NCBI GenBank assembly: GCA_012862495.1 | Contig: BLSG01000216.1 | Span: forward strand, 477,455-522,452 | Length of the DNA: 44,998 bases | Direction of reading: 5' to 3' | From: Thraustochytrium aureum | Lineage: Eukaryota | Shown here: positions 1 to 10,675 of the stretch, one piece after another | How the letters are laid out: each line of letters starts with the position of its first letter | Numbering within the stretch: the stretch's first letter is position 1 | Translations under genes and position numbers: made by a program | Notes under the pieces: model-generated | What the model was told of the DNA's origin: nothing | Seen by the model: the letters and a program-made list of their open reading frames with translations, nothing else | Database searches by the model: none

Positions 1-664
1 GAACCCGAGACCGGCGGTCCAGGCGCCGCCTCCTGCGCCATCTTTCGAAGTCGGCCCCCCGCACGGCTCCAGCGCTCAGCAAGACAGTCCCACTGCGCGG
101 GCGCTCGACTTGGATGCAGTAAGTAGCTCGGAGTACTCTTCGTGCCACTTGGTCTACTTCGACTCTACGGCCTGCCCTTGCGCTGCGCAAGGGGCTCGGT
201 CAACTCGTCCCGCTGCGGCGCATCGAGCGCGTCGGGCTTGGGCGTTGCTCGTTCGGGCTGCATCGCTTTGTTCGCGGTGCGGCGGGCTGCCGCGCTCGAG
301 CTCGTCCTGTTCGCCTGGAGGTGTGTGGGCGTGTGAATGCGGTGAAAGCAGCCTGGTGTGGGCGGGATTCTCGCCTTTTTCATCACCCTTTTCTCCTTTC
401 CACTCCACTTCACTCGCGCCGCGCGAGGCACAGGAGACCGCGTTTGAGCAGCGCGCTCCAGAGCCCGATCGCGCCTGATCGGCTCGTGCAGGGCACCTGG
501 CTGGCTGGTTGGCGCGCGAACTGGCTCACGCGTCTTGCTCGACCAACCTGCCAGCGACGCCCAAGTGCGGGTGGGCCTGAGCGGCTGCTTCAGTTGCCTG
601 CAGGCCCGAGGTCGCAGCGCTGGGCGTTGAAAGGGCAGGCGCTGGCGAAGGCTGGGGAAGGAGA

Positions 665-1456
665 ATGGCCGCGTTTCAGAAGCAACCTGGGGCGCCTCCG
701 CTCGTGATCGCGCACCGCGGACTGAGCAGCAGCCACCCAGAAAACACTCTTAGCGCTTTTCGCGCGGCCATCAAGGCCGGCGTTGAGATTGTGGAGCTCG
801 ACGTGCAGTTTTCCAAAGACGGCGAGGTGATCGTGATCCACGATTCAAGCGTCGACAGGACCACAGGGGCCAAGGGGAACGTAGGCGACCTCACGGTCGA
901 GGAGCTCAAGGCCCTGGACGCAGGCGCCTTCAAAGGCGACGAGTTCAAGGGCGAGCAGATCCCGACGCTCGCAGAAGTTTTGGAGCTGTTTTCCAAAGAG
1001 GGCAACGGCACGAAGCTGCTGATCGAGCTCAAGTTTACCTGGTTCTCCTGGACGGGCGGATTTCTCCAGCCGTACAAAGACCTGGACCGCCGCGTCGTGG
1101 AACTGGTGCAAAAATTCTCGGCGCAGGGCTTTGTCTTGATCCAGAGCTTCCTGGAGGGCTACCTCGAAACCGTTCGCTCGCTGGAGCCCTCGATTCCGGT
1201 CTACCTGCTCATGTTTCCCTGGCGGCGGCTCAGCCCGCTTCTCGGGTTGGACGTGGATGCGTTCAACCCCTCCATCCGGTTCGTCTCGAAAGGCTTTATC
1301 GACGCCGTGCATAACGCTGGCAAGAAAGTGTTTGTGTGGACGGTGGACAGCGAGGACAACATCAAGTTCTGCTTGGAGAACGGAGTGGACGGAATCATCA
1401 CGAACGTGCCCCCCTCCGTGCAGGCAGCGATCGAGTCGTTCGAGGAGTTCCAGTGA
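665..1456 (+). CDS. Glycerophosphodiester phosphodiesterase (GDPD, UgpQ/GlpQ-like), 263 aa
   Basis: Complete ATG..TGA ORF with GDPD motifs VIAHRG, PENTLSAF, ELDVQFSKDGEVIVIHD, LIELK, VWTVD and GVDGIITN. Confidence 0.95.
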   Translation: MAAFQKQPGAPPLVIAHRGLSSSHPENTLSAFRAAIKAGVEIVELDVQFSKDGEVIVIHDSSVDRTTGAKGNVGDLTVEELKALDAGAFKGDEFKGEQIPTLAEVLELFSKEGNGTKLLIELKFTWFSWTGGFLQPYKDLDRRVVELVQKFSAQGFVLIQSFLEGYLETVRSLEPSIPVYLLMFPWRRLSPLLGLDVDAFNPSIRFVSKGFIDAVHNAGKKVFVWTVDSEDNIKFCLENGVDGIITNVPPSVQAAIESFEEFQ

Positions 1457-2237
1457 GCCCGCGCAACGAGCACTGCGCCAACGCGGCTACCCCGTAATGC
1501 GCGGTTCGAACAACTCTGTTGCGTTCCTTTTCTNNNNNNNNNNNNNNNNNNNNNNNNNNNNNNNNNNNNNNNNNNNNNNNNNNNNNNNNNNNNNNNNNNN
1601 NNNNNNNNNNNNNNNNNNNNNNNNNNNNNNNNNNNNNNNNNNNNNNNNNNNNNNNNNNNNNNNNNNNNNNNNNNNNNNNNNNNNNNNNNNNNNNNNNNNN
1701 NNNNNNNNNNNNNNNNNNNNNNNNNNNNNNNNNNNNNNNNNNNNNNNNNNNNNNNNNNNNNNNNNNNNNNNNNNNNNNNNNNNNNNNNNNNNNNNNNNNN
1801 NNNNNNNNNNNNNNNNNNNNNNNNNNNNNNNNNNNNNNNNNNNNNNNNNNNNNNNNNNNNNNNNNNNNNNNNNNNNNNNNNNNNNNNNNNNNNNNNNNNN
1901 NNNNNNNNNNNNNNNNNNNNNNNNNNNNNNNNNNNNNNNNNNNNNNGCCAACCAGCGAGACCAGCCACCGACGCTCCCATCCGCCGAGCTGCGCCGCCTC
2001 GACTGCGCACGCAGCAGCCAGTCGAGCTGAAGCCGCACATCGCCCGACCGCAAGTTCGCGCATGTCCTCCAGCCAGCAGCAAGCAGTTGCTCGCGGCAGA
2101 CCGCAACGGCGGCGAGTGCGCGCAGCGCCGGGGCCGGCAGGGCGCAGAGCGCGCGGCGTTTGCTCTCGGCCCACGGGCGCGCTTGGCGCAACGAGGACGG
2201 CGCCTTTGCCAGGCAGGCTCGAAGCGAGGCAGGTACG

Positions 2238-3722
2238 ATGGGCGATGTGGCCGACATTTTGGGGCTCGGTGGCGACGGGTCGCTGAGCAAGGTCGCGGCG
2301 GCCGCCGCGACGGGCGCGAGCCGCAAGAACTCAGCGAAGAAGCCGGACGGGATGAGCCGCGAGGTGTTCGCTCTCCTGGGGCCCGCGTCGATGCCCTCTG
2401 TGATGCCGAGCGGCGGGCGGCTGGAGGAGATGAAGCTACAGAAAGGGAAGCCAGCCCAAACGTGGCTGTGGAGCGAGTTTAGCAACTCGGCGCGGACGGA
2501 CGGACTCGCACTGCGCCACTGGCAGCGCGAGGCATTTATTGATCAGGACTATGCGTTTGCGCGGTTCAACAAGAAAACAGCGGTGGTGCTCTTCTCTGAC
2601 GAAGAGTACAACTTGCTGGTTCAGCCGAGCGACGCCGCCTCTGGGTGGACCAAAGGCGAGACCGACATGCTGTTCAGGCTATGCGACGAGCTGGACCTAC
2701 GTTGGTACGTGATCGAGGACCGCTGGCCGCTCGACCCGGCGCGGACGGTGACAGAGATGAAGGCGCGCTATTATGACGTCGCAAAGAAGGTTGTTCTGGC
2801 CAGGCGAAACAAGAAAACGGCAAAGGCGATCCAGCGTCAGGCAAACGCCGTTGACGGCGCTGCCGAGGCAGGCGCGCAGCAGACAGAGGCGGCCGCCGAA
2901 ATGGCTGCCCCAGTCGCCGGGGCGTTGCAAGGGACTGCCAAGGTGACCGCCAAAGCGACCGTGCTTGCCGAGAACGCCATCGCAGAAATGACATACGACA
3001 AGGCGTACGAGGAAAAGCGAGTGGGGCAGCTCGCCCTGCTTTTCTCGCGGTCTCCCGCCGAGGAGAAGGAGGAGGCCAATCTCGTCAACGACATCCGGCG
3101 GATCGACATGCAGCTGCGCCGTTTGCAGAAGGACGCGCCAAAGCGGGCGAAGGCCAAGGCAGGCCCGCCGTCGCTCCAGCAGTTCCCCCCGTCGCTGGTA
3201 GAGGCGATTTTGGCCGAGGACGCGGCCAAGGGCAGCCGCGCGCACAAAATCGAGCCCGGCGTCTACTTGCGAAGCGCGCGGCTTGGCATCTTGCCCTCGC
3301 AAGTTGGGATCGGGTCCCGCATGCAGGCGAAGATGAACGCCCTTTTGACCGAGCTCGGCGTGCCGTTGCGGCCCGTGCCGACCGTCCGAGTCTTGAACGC
3401 TCTGGACAAGCTGCGTCAGGACACGATAAAGCTCCTCGCTCTGCAGAGCAAGCTGTTCGACACGAACGCCGAGCTGTGCGTCCTGCAGGGGATTTCTGTA
3501 CCGACGAGGCCAGGGCAAAACAAGTCTCGTTCCAAGAAGAAAAGCACAGGATCGGCCATGACGTTGGCCGCCATCACAGCAGGGGACGCCAGCGCGGTGC
3601 AGGTGCTGAAAACGAAAATCAAGCTCGAGGCAGCCGGCGAGGCCAACAAGCGCAAGGCGTCCGCCGCTGGATCCAGCACTGGCGGAGCCGCAGCGGGCGC
3701 CAACAAGAAGGCGCGGTCGTAG
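2238..3722 (+). CDS. DMAP1: DNA methyltransferase 1-associated protein 1 / SWC4 (NuA4/SWR1 subunit)
   Basis: Start MGDVADILG at ATG 2238. Motifs KKPDGMSREVFALLG, FSNSARTDGLALRHW, DYAFARFNKK, SANT domain WTKGETDMLFRLCDELDLRWYVIEDRW...EMKARYY, YEEKR and GVYLRS. Basic NLS-like C-terminus. Confidence 0.93.
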   Translation: MGDVADILGLGGDGSLSKVAAAAATGASRKNSAKKPDGMSREVFALLGPASMPSVMPSGGRLEEMKLQKGKPAQTWLWSEFSNSARTDGLALRHWQREAFIDQDYAFARFNKKTAVVLFSDEEYNLLVQPSDAASGWTKGETDMLFRLCDELDLRWYVIEDRWPLDPARTVTEMKARYYDVAKKVVLARRNKKTAKAIQRQANAVDGAAEAGAQQTEAAAEMAAPVAGALQGTAKVTAKATVLAENAIAEMTYDKAYEEKRVGQLALLFSRSPAEEKEEANLVNDIRRIDMQLRRLQKDAPKRAKAKAGPPSLQQFPPSLVEAILAEDAAKGSRAHKIEPGVYLRSARLGILPSQVGIGSRMQAKMNALLTELGVPLRPVPTVRVLNALDKLRQDTIKLLALQSKLFDTNAELCVLQGISVPTRPGQNKSRSKKKSTGSAMTLAAITAGDASAVQVLKTKIKLEAAGEANKRKASAAGSSTGGAAAGANKKARS

Positions 3723-3908
3723 CTGCGCGCGCCGCTGCCTGACCCGGTGGTTTTGGCGCCGCGTAGGGAGCCGTGGCGCTTGCCAACGGTGCTATTTCAG
3801 ATGGATGTAAATGTGGCGCGGGTCGGAGCGCGGCGCTTTGGCAGATTGTAAAAGCTCTCCGGCACCCAAGAGCCGCAGACGTGTCCCCAAAAAGGAAAAA
3901 AAGGCTTG

Positions 3909-5216
3909 TTAATCCTCCGCGCTAGTGTGGACACCGCCCTCGCCCCTGACAGCTTGTTCGACAGCTTCGAGCCGGCCCAGTACCGCGTCCAGCTGCCGAA
4001 GAACAGCCCCGTCGTCCAGTTCGTGGGAAGCCGCTAGACCTCCGCCGCTTGGTGGCTCGCCTGTCAGCGCCTCCAGCTTGGCGAGGCGCTGTGAGAGTTG
4101 CTCGACTTTGGCGCCCAAGTCGCCCATCTGTGCTGCAAACTGGGCGGTGGCCATCTGCACGACGCGCGCGAGGTCCGTCGTGCCAGCGCGGCTGTGCGGG
4201 ACTGGCAGCGCGGGTGTCGGCGTCGCGAGCACGGCGGCGGCGAAACTGCTATCAGATCCTCGAGCGCCGGAAGCGTGCGGTTCAAGCGGCACGAAGGCTT
4301 GCCAGTCCAAGCGGACGTGGACGAAGGCCTTCTCGGGCTCAAGAAGCGAAACAAACCGAACCACCACGCTCTTTACGGGCTTGGGTCCGCCCGGTAACTC
4401 CAGGCAGAACGTGCGTGATGGTATGCCAGGCCCAAGCCCAAGCGCGTCGCTCGCCTCCGGTTCAGCGGTTCGACAAGTCGCCGTGTAAGTGCCATCCACG
4501 AACAGCTCGCAATTGCGCGTGGAGCAAAGCCCGCGCACGACCCCAAACCACACGGGCCCGCGTCCGTCGGCGCCGCACAAGGACACTTCGCACGGTCGAG
4601 GCTCGACAGGTTTTTCGAGCTNNNNNNNNNNNNNNNNNNNNNNNNNNNNNNNNNNNNNNNNNNNNNNNNNNNNNNNNNNNNNNNNNNNNNNNNNNNNNNN
4701 NNNNNNNNNNNNNNNNNNNNNNNNNNNNNNNNNNNNNNNNNNNNNNNNNNNNNNNNNNNNNNNNNNNNNNNNNNNNNNNNNNNNNNNNNNNNNNNNNNNN
4801 NNNNNNNNNNNNNNNNNNNNNNNNNNNNNNNNNNNNNNNNNNNNNNNNNNNNNNNNNNNNNNNNNNNNNNNNNNNNNNNNNNNNNNNNNNNNNNNNNNNN
4901 NNNNNNNNNNNNNNNNNNNNNNNNNNNNNNNNNNNNNNNNNNNNNNNNNNNNNNNNNNNNNNNNNNNNNNNNNNNNNNNNNNNNNNNNNNNNNNNNNNNN
5001 NNNNNNNNNNNNNNNNNNNNNNNNCGGCGTCTGGGCAACGGCTCGCTCGCGCTCTTCGCGCCGGGCCTGCACCATTCCTGCCTGGAGCGCCATTTGCGCG
5101 AGCAGCGCCTTGGCCGCTCCGCCGCGAAATGGCGCAAGAGGGTCCCCTGCTCTCGGCGCCGGCGCAGCCGCCGCGCCTGCCCCTGCCGGTTGCGCCCGCG
5201 GCCCGGCGCTCTCCAT
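3909..5216 (-). CDS. Probable PAAT/C10orf88 (DUF4506)-like protein with C-terminal coiled coil; interrupted by a gap, 5' part uncertain
   Basis: PCEVSL...STRNCELFVDGTYTATCR...KSVVVRFVSL resembles the remembered PAAT N-terminal domain pattern (S-x-R-N-x-E-x-Y/F...Y-x-x-T-x-R...K/R-x-x-S). Heptad-like tail KVEQLSQRLAKLEAL. The segment 5025-5216 is in frame across the N-gap but could belong to a separate gene. Confidence 0.5.
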   Translation of the reverse strand: MESAGPRAQPAGAGAAAAPAPRAGDPLAPFRGGAAKALLAQMALQAGMVQARREERERAVAQTPXXXXXXXXXXXXXXXXXXXXXXXXXXXXXXXXXXXXXXXXXXXXXXXXXXXXXXXXXXXXXXXXXXXXXXXXXXXXXXXXXXXXXXXXXXXXXXXXXXXXXXXXXXXXXXXXXXXXXXXXXXXXXXXXXXXXXXXLEKPVEPRPCEVSLCGADGRGPVWFGVVRGLCSTRNCELFVDGTYTATCRTAEPEASDALGLGPGIPSRTFCLELPGGPKPVKSVVVRFVSLLEPEKAFVHVRLDWQAFVPLEPHASGARGSDSSFAAAVLATPTPALPVPHSRAGTTDLARVVQMATAQFAAQMGDLGAKVEQLSQRLAKLEALTGEPPSGGGLAASHELDDGAVLRQLDAVLGRLEAVEQAVRGEGGVHTSAED

Positions 5217-5403
5217 GGCGGTGCTTGCCAGCTCAAGTGCCAGCTCAAGGGCCTCTCTCGGCTGCCGAAGAGCGCGACTACAAGGGCGCCGCGTTGGGCG
5301 CGGTCACGAGCAGGCAGAAGGGCGACCTGGTGGAGGAGGTTGGGAAGGGCGAGGGAGGTCGCACTGCATTCACGTCAATCGCTACACAACACAGCACTCA
5401 AGC

Positions 5404-6677
5404 TCACTCCGTCTTGGCGGTGGACTTGCGCGCTTTGCGCGCGCCAAGCTCCAGCAGGGTGGGCGCGGCCACCGTGTAAGCGACTAGTGCGCTGGCTGCG
5501 CAGCAGGCCGAGGCAAACAAGCCGAGCCCGCGAAAGCCGTGCAGGTCGTAGACGTAGCCGCCGACCACTGGAGAGACGATGCCGACGAGCGAGCGGGAGC
5601 CGTGGCTGATCGAGATGGCGGTGCCAGTGCTGCCTTCCTCGACCGCGAAGCTCATCAGCGCACTTGAGACCGTGTAGAGCAGCGTGCTCCCGATCGTGTT
5701 GGGGATCGTGAGCGCCAAGAGCTCAGGGTAGCTGGAAATCCCCGAGTACCCGGCGTAGCAGACCATCTGCGCGACCGCGGAGAGAAGCATCGTGTGGTAG
5801 TCCCCAAGCCAGCGCGAGGCCGCCCCGATAACCAGCACATTGGTGAGGAGGCCCACGAAGGCCGCGAACGAGATAAACATGCCCAGTTCGGCGCTCTCCA
5901 GTCCAAACACGTCCTTGGCGGCTACGCCGAGAATGGACCGAAACGCCCCGATCCCCACGCTCACCGGAAACACAAACATCAACAGAACTAGCACGTGGCG
6001 CCCAGTCAAGACGCGGAAAAAGACGGCGGCTTGCTCGCGCAGGCCGCCGCCGGCCTCGGGCTTGGCGGGTGTCGGGTCCGCAGCAGCTGCAAAACGCGGC
6101 ATGACTGCCAGGTCGACCAAGATCATGGCGGCAGTGGTACCAGCGGCCAGTAAGGCCACGCCTTGATAGCCGAAGACGCCGGCCAGATTCCCGCCGAGCG
6201 GCGAGCCAACGACCATGCCACAGCGTACGACAGCGAGAGGCGCCCCATCGCAACTGATCGGGCCTCGCGGGGCGCCAGCTGCGAGACGGCCGCCTGCGCG
6301 CAGAGCATGGCGTGCTGCAAAAACGCGGGGATGCGACTCGCGGCGAGCCAGGAAAACGAGGTCGCCATGCCCATGAGCGAGTACATGATGAGGCTGCCAG
6401 TGTGGCTTAAGATAATGGTAGACTTGGCTCCGTGCACGTCGGTCAGCCTGCCCATCGCGGCGCCGCCAAGCAGCGCCATGAACGAGACAGCGCTCTCCAG
6501 CATGCCAAACTTGACCGCGTTGGCGCCCAGCTCCTTGGACAAGTATGGCAGCACCGGCTGTTGGATCCAAAAGCACAAGGCGTAAACCAGAATGTTCACG
6601 TGAATCAACACCAGGCCGCGCGCCGCGGCGGGGCTCTCTGCCGGCGCGCCGCCCAGAAACGCTGCAAGCTTTTCCAT
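5404..6677 (-). CDS. Major facilitator superfamily transporter (SLC22A18/TetA-like), one frameshift at about 6218
   Basis: About 12 hydrophobic helices, MFS motif A (MGRLTDVHGAK) and motif C-like GMVVGSPLGG. ORF 6123-6677 joins the frame of ORF 5404-7149 if one G is restored (GCT GTG GGC ATG, read as GCTGTGGCATG). Confidence 0.88.
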
Positions 6678-7842
6678 CTCGTCTACTCGCCCTCACCCGC
6701 CGCCGCCCGCGATCGCTGCTGCGGGGTGTTTGGACTCTGGGTGATCGTCGGCGCTTCGGGGAATGAGCTCGAGAGGAAATGAACAAGGGCGAGCAAGGAC
6801 TTGTTCGCGCGGCTCTGTTCTGAAGTGTTGCATCGCGGCTGGAGGAATGCCGCGGCGCCCGCGGCGGCAACAGACCCCGCGGCAACGGCTTACCGTGGCA
6901 AAGGCCTCGACGAGCCGCATGAGCTGTGCCTCCAGCACGGCCGCGCTTGGCCCTGCTCGCGTCGAAAGTGTCAAAGTTGCCCAAAACCCCGAATCCGACC
7001 GCAAAAGCAAAAGCACTGGCGCGCCCGATTCCATTCTCTGCCTGGGCCATGGCCAAGAACTGCACGACCGCGGCGCCGCCAAGGCGCCGCCCGCTTGTCG
7101 AGCCAATCCGGCGCACCAAGCCTCCGACCCGCCCCAAGTGAGTAATCACCTCGGGCCGTCCACGTCAAAACGCAGCGCCGGCCCCAAAAGAGCCCAGAGC
7201 GGCGAGCAAGGAGCGCTGCCGCGTTGACCTAGCCGCGTTGGCCTGGCCGACTGCCCGGCCGCGCAGGCCGAGCGAGCAATGGCAGACGCGGGGCCGCCGT
7301 CGGCCTGGACGCATTGACGAAAATCTCGCACATGTTGCACGCATGGNNNNNNNNNNNNNNNNNNNNNNNNNNNNNNNNNNNNNNNNNNNNNNNNNNNNNN
7401 NNNNNNNNNNNNNNNNNNNNNNNNNNNNNNNNNNNNNNNNNNNNNNNNNNNNNNNNNNNNNNNNNNNNNNNNNNNNNNNNNNNNNNNNNNNNNNNNNNNN
7501 NNNNNNNNNNNNNNNNNNNNNNNNNNNNNNNNNNNNNNNNNNNNNNNNNNNNNNNNNNNNNNNNNNNNNNNNNNNNNNNNNNNNNNNNNNNNNNNNNNNN
7601 NNNNNNNNNNNNNNNNNNNNNNNNNNNNNNNNNNNNNNNNNNNNNNNNNNNNNNNNNNNNNNNNNNNNNNNNNNNNNNNNNNNNNNNNNNNNNNNNNNNN
7701 NNNNNNNNNNNNNNNNNNNNNNNNNNNNNNNNNNNNNNNNNNNNNNNNNNNNNNNNNNNNNNNNNNNNNNNNNNNNNNNNNNNNNNNNNNNNNNNNNNNN
7801 NNNNNNNNNNNNNNNNNNNNNNNNNNNNNNNNNNNNNNNNNN

Positions 7843-9615
7843 ATCGCTGTCGTGCTTGTCGTGCTGGTGGCGACGGTGCTTGTTCTGGTGTACGGTGCGA
7901 GCGGCGTCTTGGTGAAAAAGGCAGGGGCGAAGGACGCCTTTGCAGCCGTCATTCTCTCCGACGCGCAGCGCAGACTGGTGGAAAAGCTCGCCCTGCCAGA
8001 GGGCTATGTGGAAGACACGGCTGGATGAACCGCAAGGCAGCCTCCCGGAGGAAGCAGACCTCCAAGAGGGGGTGGCGAGCGCCGAGGAGCCACAAAGCGC
8101 GGACGATGACGGCGACGCGCCGGACGCCCTGGTCAGGCAAGGGTCGAACTCGAGCCTGGGCTCGCAAACTTCAAGCGGGCGCCAAGTGCGACGAGAGAGC
8201 TCAGCAGCTGCCTCGGCTTGGAAGAGCGCCAAGAGCCGCGTGCGCGACATCTTAGGCGTGGGCAGCCCGCAGCAGCTCGCCTTCAACCTCGATCGGTACC
8301 AGCAAGACAACCAAGAGGCAACCGGGCGCACCCCGCTGCTCGTTTTCGTTAACCGCAAAAGCGGCGGCCAGCGCGGGGACGTGCTGCTCAACCAGCTCCG
8401 CGCGTTTCTCCCTCCATGGCAGGTTTGGGACATTGGCGCGCACGCCGGCCCCGAGGCCGGGCTTGCGTTTTTTCGCCAAGTCCCAAGCTTTCGCGTACTG
8501 GTCGCTGGTGGAGACGGGACTGCCGCCTGGGTTCTGCAAACCATCGATGCGCTCAAGATGACGTACCAGCCGCCGCTGGCTGTGCTTCCCGTGGGCACGG
8601 GCAATGACCTGGCGCGCGTGCTTGGGTGGGGCGGCGGCCTGAGCGGGGGCGGGTACGCAGGCAACGGGCTGGCGCGGCAGCTCGTCGACACCGCCCAGGG
8701 CGAGATTGCCATGCTCGATCGTTGGAAGGTTGAGTGCGCGGCGCGGGGGCGCGGCGCACGCAAGTCGGGCTTCAAGAAGAGCCTCGTGCTCAACAACTAC
8801 TTGGGGATTGGCGTGGACGCGCAGATATCGCTCAATTTCCACGAGAACCGCGAGGCGTCGCCGCACCTGTTCACGAGCCGGTTCATCAACAAGTACGTTT
8901 GGTACGTCACGAGCGGGGGCAAAGAGATCCTCTACCAGCGCTTTGCCGACTTTTGTACACATGTTCGCCTCGAGTGCGACGGCCGCCCCGTTGAGCTTCC
9001 GCCTGGCACAGAGGGCGTCATAATCCTCAACATCCGAAGTTACGGTGGTGGGGTCGACCTGTGGGGTGCGGACGATGAGGACGAAGATGAGGACGACGAC
9101 GAGGTGGCGAGCAGCGGTAGGGGTGGAGCTGGAGGCAGCGGCGGTCCGAGGTCGCCTGGCCGCCCCGAGCCAGGGCCAGCGCGCGGAGAGCGGTTTCGGC
9201 CCGCTTCTTTCAGCGACGGCTACCTTGAGGTGGTCAGCGTCGCCTCTAGCTTTCAGCTTGGCGCAGCGCAGGTGGCCTTGCGCGCCCGCGCCGTCTTTGC
9301 CAGTGCCGGTCGGTCCGCATCGTCGCGAACGACCTCGCGCTCCCACTCCAGGTAGATGGCGAGCCGTTCATGCTGCCACGCTCTGCGAACGTCTCGGTGT
9401 CGTTCCTGAACCAGGGGGTAATGCTCGCCAAGGGCAATCCTCGCCGCCGCCGGCTTGTGCCACTCGAGGACGTTGACCTAGCCATTTCGAGTGCGCTCGC
9501 CGTAGCTCAGGAAGACAGTTTGTTGTCCGCCTCGCAGTCCCGTGCGCTGCATGCGCGCTTGTCGCAGGCGCTGCACGCACGACATCGAGTATTGTCCGGG
9601 GACTCGTTCATTTAG
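7843..9615 (+). CDS. Diacylglycerol kinase (DGK-epsilon-like, N-terminal TM helix); 5' end in gap; frame breaks at about 8020 and 9274
   Basis: DAGKc motifs PLLVFVNRKSGG, LVAGGDGT and LPVGTGNDLARVLGWG. DAGKa motifs NNYLGIGVDAQISLNFH, LNIRSYGGG and DGYLEVV. Restoring one G at 9274 gives QVGLARPRRLCQCRSVRI...LPLQVDGEPFM, ending TAG 9613-9615. A hydrophobic IAVVLVVLVATVLVLVYG segment at 7843 lies in another frame. Confidence 0.9.
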
Positions 9616-9955
9616 CAGCGGCCGTCACACGCGGCCGGATAATCACTATCACCAATGGTACGGTGCGAATGGCATGTGCTCTCCGGAGGAGCCTGGGCCC
9701 ACGTTCTTTCGCGAGTCTACCAACGGGGCCCTCCTCTACTAGCTAGTTCGACGTTTGAAGACGCGTCAAAGATGTTGATGGGCCTAGCTGCGCTCAAATC
9801 TCGTTCCTGCTGCGCCTTATCGCACAACTTGCGCCCTCGTCCAGCGATCGGCGATTGGCGCCCCGATCGACCCTTGCTTGCATCGATCGAGGCGACTGCC
9901 AACGTCCAAGTGGCTTGCGACTCGCACCGTTCCTGGAGCAAAAAAATAAAAAGAG

Positions 9956-10054
9956 TGACCAGAGCGAGATTTGAACTCGCGCACTTTCGTATCACGGAAT
10001 GAAGCATTTTCATGCACCTTAACGTGACCCCTTAGACCGCTCGGGCATCTGGCC
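9956..10054 (-). tRNA. tRNA-Leu(AAG) with 19-nt intron (9998-10016) at position 37/38
   Basis: Cloverleaf: acceptor GGCCAGA/TCTGGTC+A, D arm CCC-GAGCGGTCTAA-GGG, anticodon stem TCACG/CGTGA with loop TT-AAG-G^C, variable arm TAC-GAAA-GTG, T arm GCGAG-TTCAAAT-CTCGC. Mature length 80 nt. T-run Pol III terminator downstream. Confidence 0.95.
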
Positions 10055-10159
10055 GTTGGAAGCCTGATGCACACGGCACTAAAGTGCTTTCCGCACGCAC
10101 AATGAACGAAGCAAAAGAACATCTGTCGTTCTTTGTCCAAAAGAACGAGCAAAAGAATG

Positions 10160-10260
10160 TGACCAGAGCGAGATTTGAACTCGCGCACTTTCGTATCACG
10201 GAATGAAGCTTTCGAGAAAGCGCCTTAACGTGACCCCTTAGACCGCTCGGGCATCTGGCC
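10160..10260 (-). tRNA. tRNA-Leu(AAG) with 21-nt intron (10202-10222)
   Basis: Exons identical to copy 1. Intron CGCTTTCTCGAAAGCTTCATT. TTTT follows within 10 nt. Confidence 0.95.
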
Positions 10261-10290
10261 GAAGTCGTGTGAAAAGCAGGCCGAAGCCAT

Positions 10291-10389
10291 TGACCAGAGC
10301 GAGATTTGAACTCGCGCACTTTCGTATCACGGAATGAAGCATTTTCATGCGCCTTAACGTGACCCCTTAGACCGCTCGGGCATCTGGCC
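10291..10389 (-). tRNA. tRNA-Leu(AAG) with 19-nt intron (10333-10351)
   Basis: Exons identical to copies 1 and 2. Intron CGCATGAAAATGCTTCATT. Only 30 nt from the next copy, with TTTT in the spacer. Confidence 0.95.
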
Positions 10390-10675
10390 ATTTCACCACT
10401 TGGATGTCTGAGAAGCTGACCTTGATGCATATGTAGCTGGTTTGATGATTGAGGCTTGGTAGCGCATGGCACGAAAGCAAGCGCTCAGTGGCACGGCCGA
10501 ACACATTTATTTGCCTGCACCTCGATCCTGAACAATCCGATGACCTCGCCCGGCGCGAACCAACTCTCGGCAAAGAGTATACATTCATCCATGCATTCAC
10601 TTCTTTCTTGATCAAGATCAAAGTCTATTTAGTGCTCTATAGAGTTCGAGAACGCTCCTGCTACACGCTCTGGCT

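Noticed and set aside
1..480. Short ORFs on both strands, a GTAAGT at 119 and a minus-strand ATG at 41 (MAQEAAPGPPVSG...)
   Set aside because: No recognisable motif. A gene may start at 41 and run off the window, but this cannot be supported from 41 nt.
6678..7346. Several 70-150 aa ORFs and the long 5' extension of ORF 5404-7149
   Set aside because: Arg/Ala/Pro-rich, typical of open frames in high-GC DNA, with no recognisable motif. The MFS protein starts plausibly at ATG 6677.
10012..10030. Reading the anticodon as TAA (Leu-UAA) or as a suppressor tRNA
   Set aside because: The stem TCACG/CGTGA fixes the loop as T32 T33 A34 A35 G36 G37, so the anticodon is AAG.
9956..10389. Identical ~40-bp blocks separated by variable sequence, superficially a CRISPR array
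   Set aside because: Two different blocks alternate and fold as the 5' and 3' exons of tRNA-Leu. The 'spacers' are introns and intergenic DNA. There are no cas genes and the context is eukaryotic.
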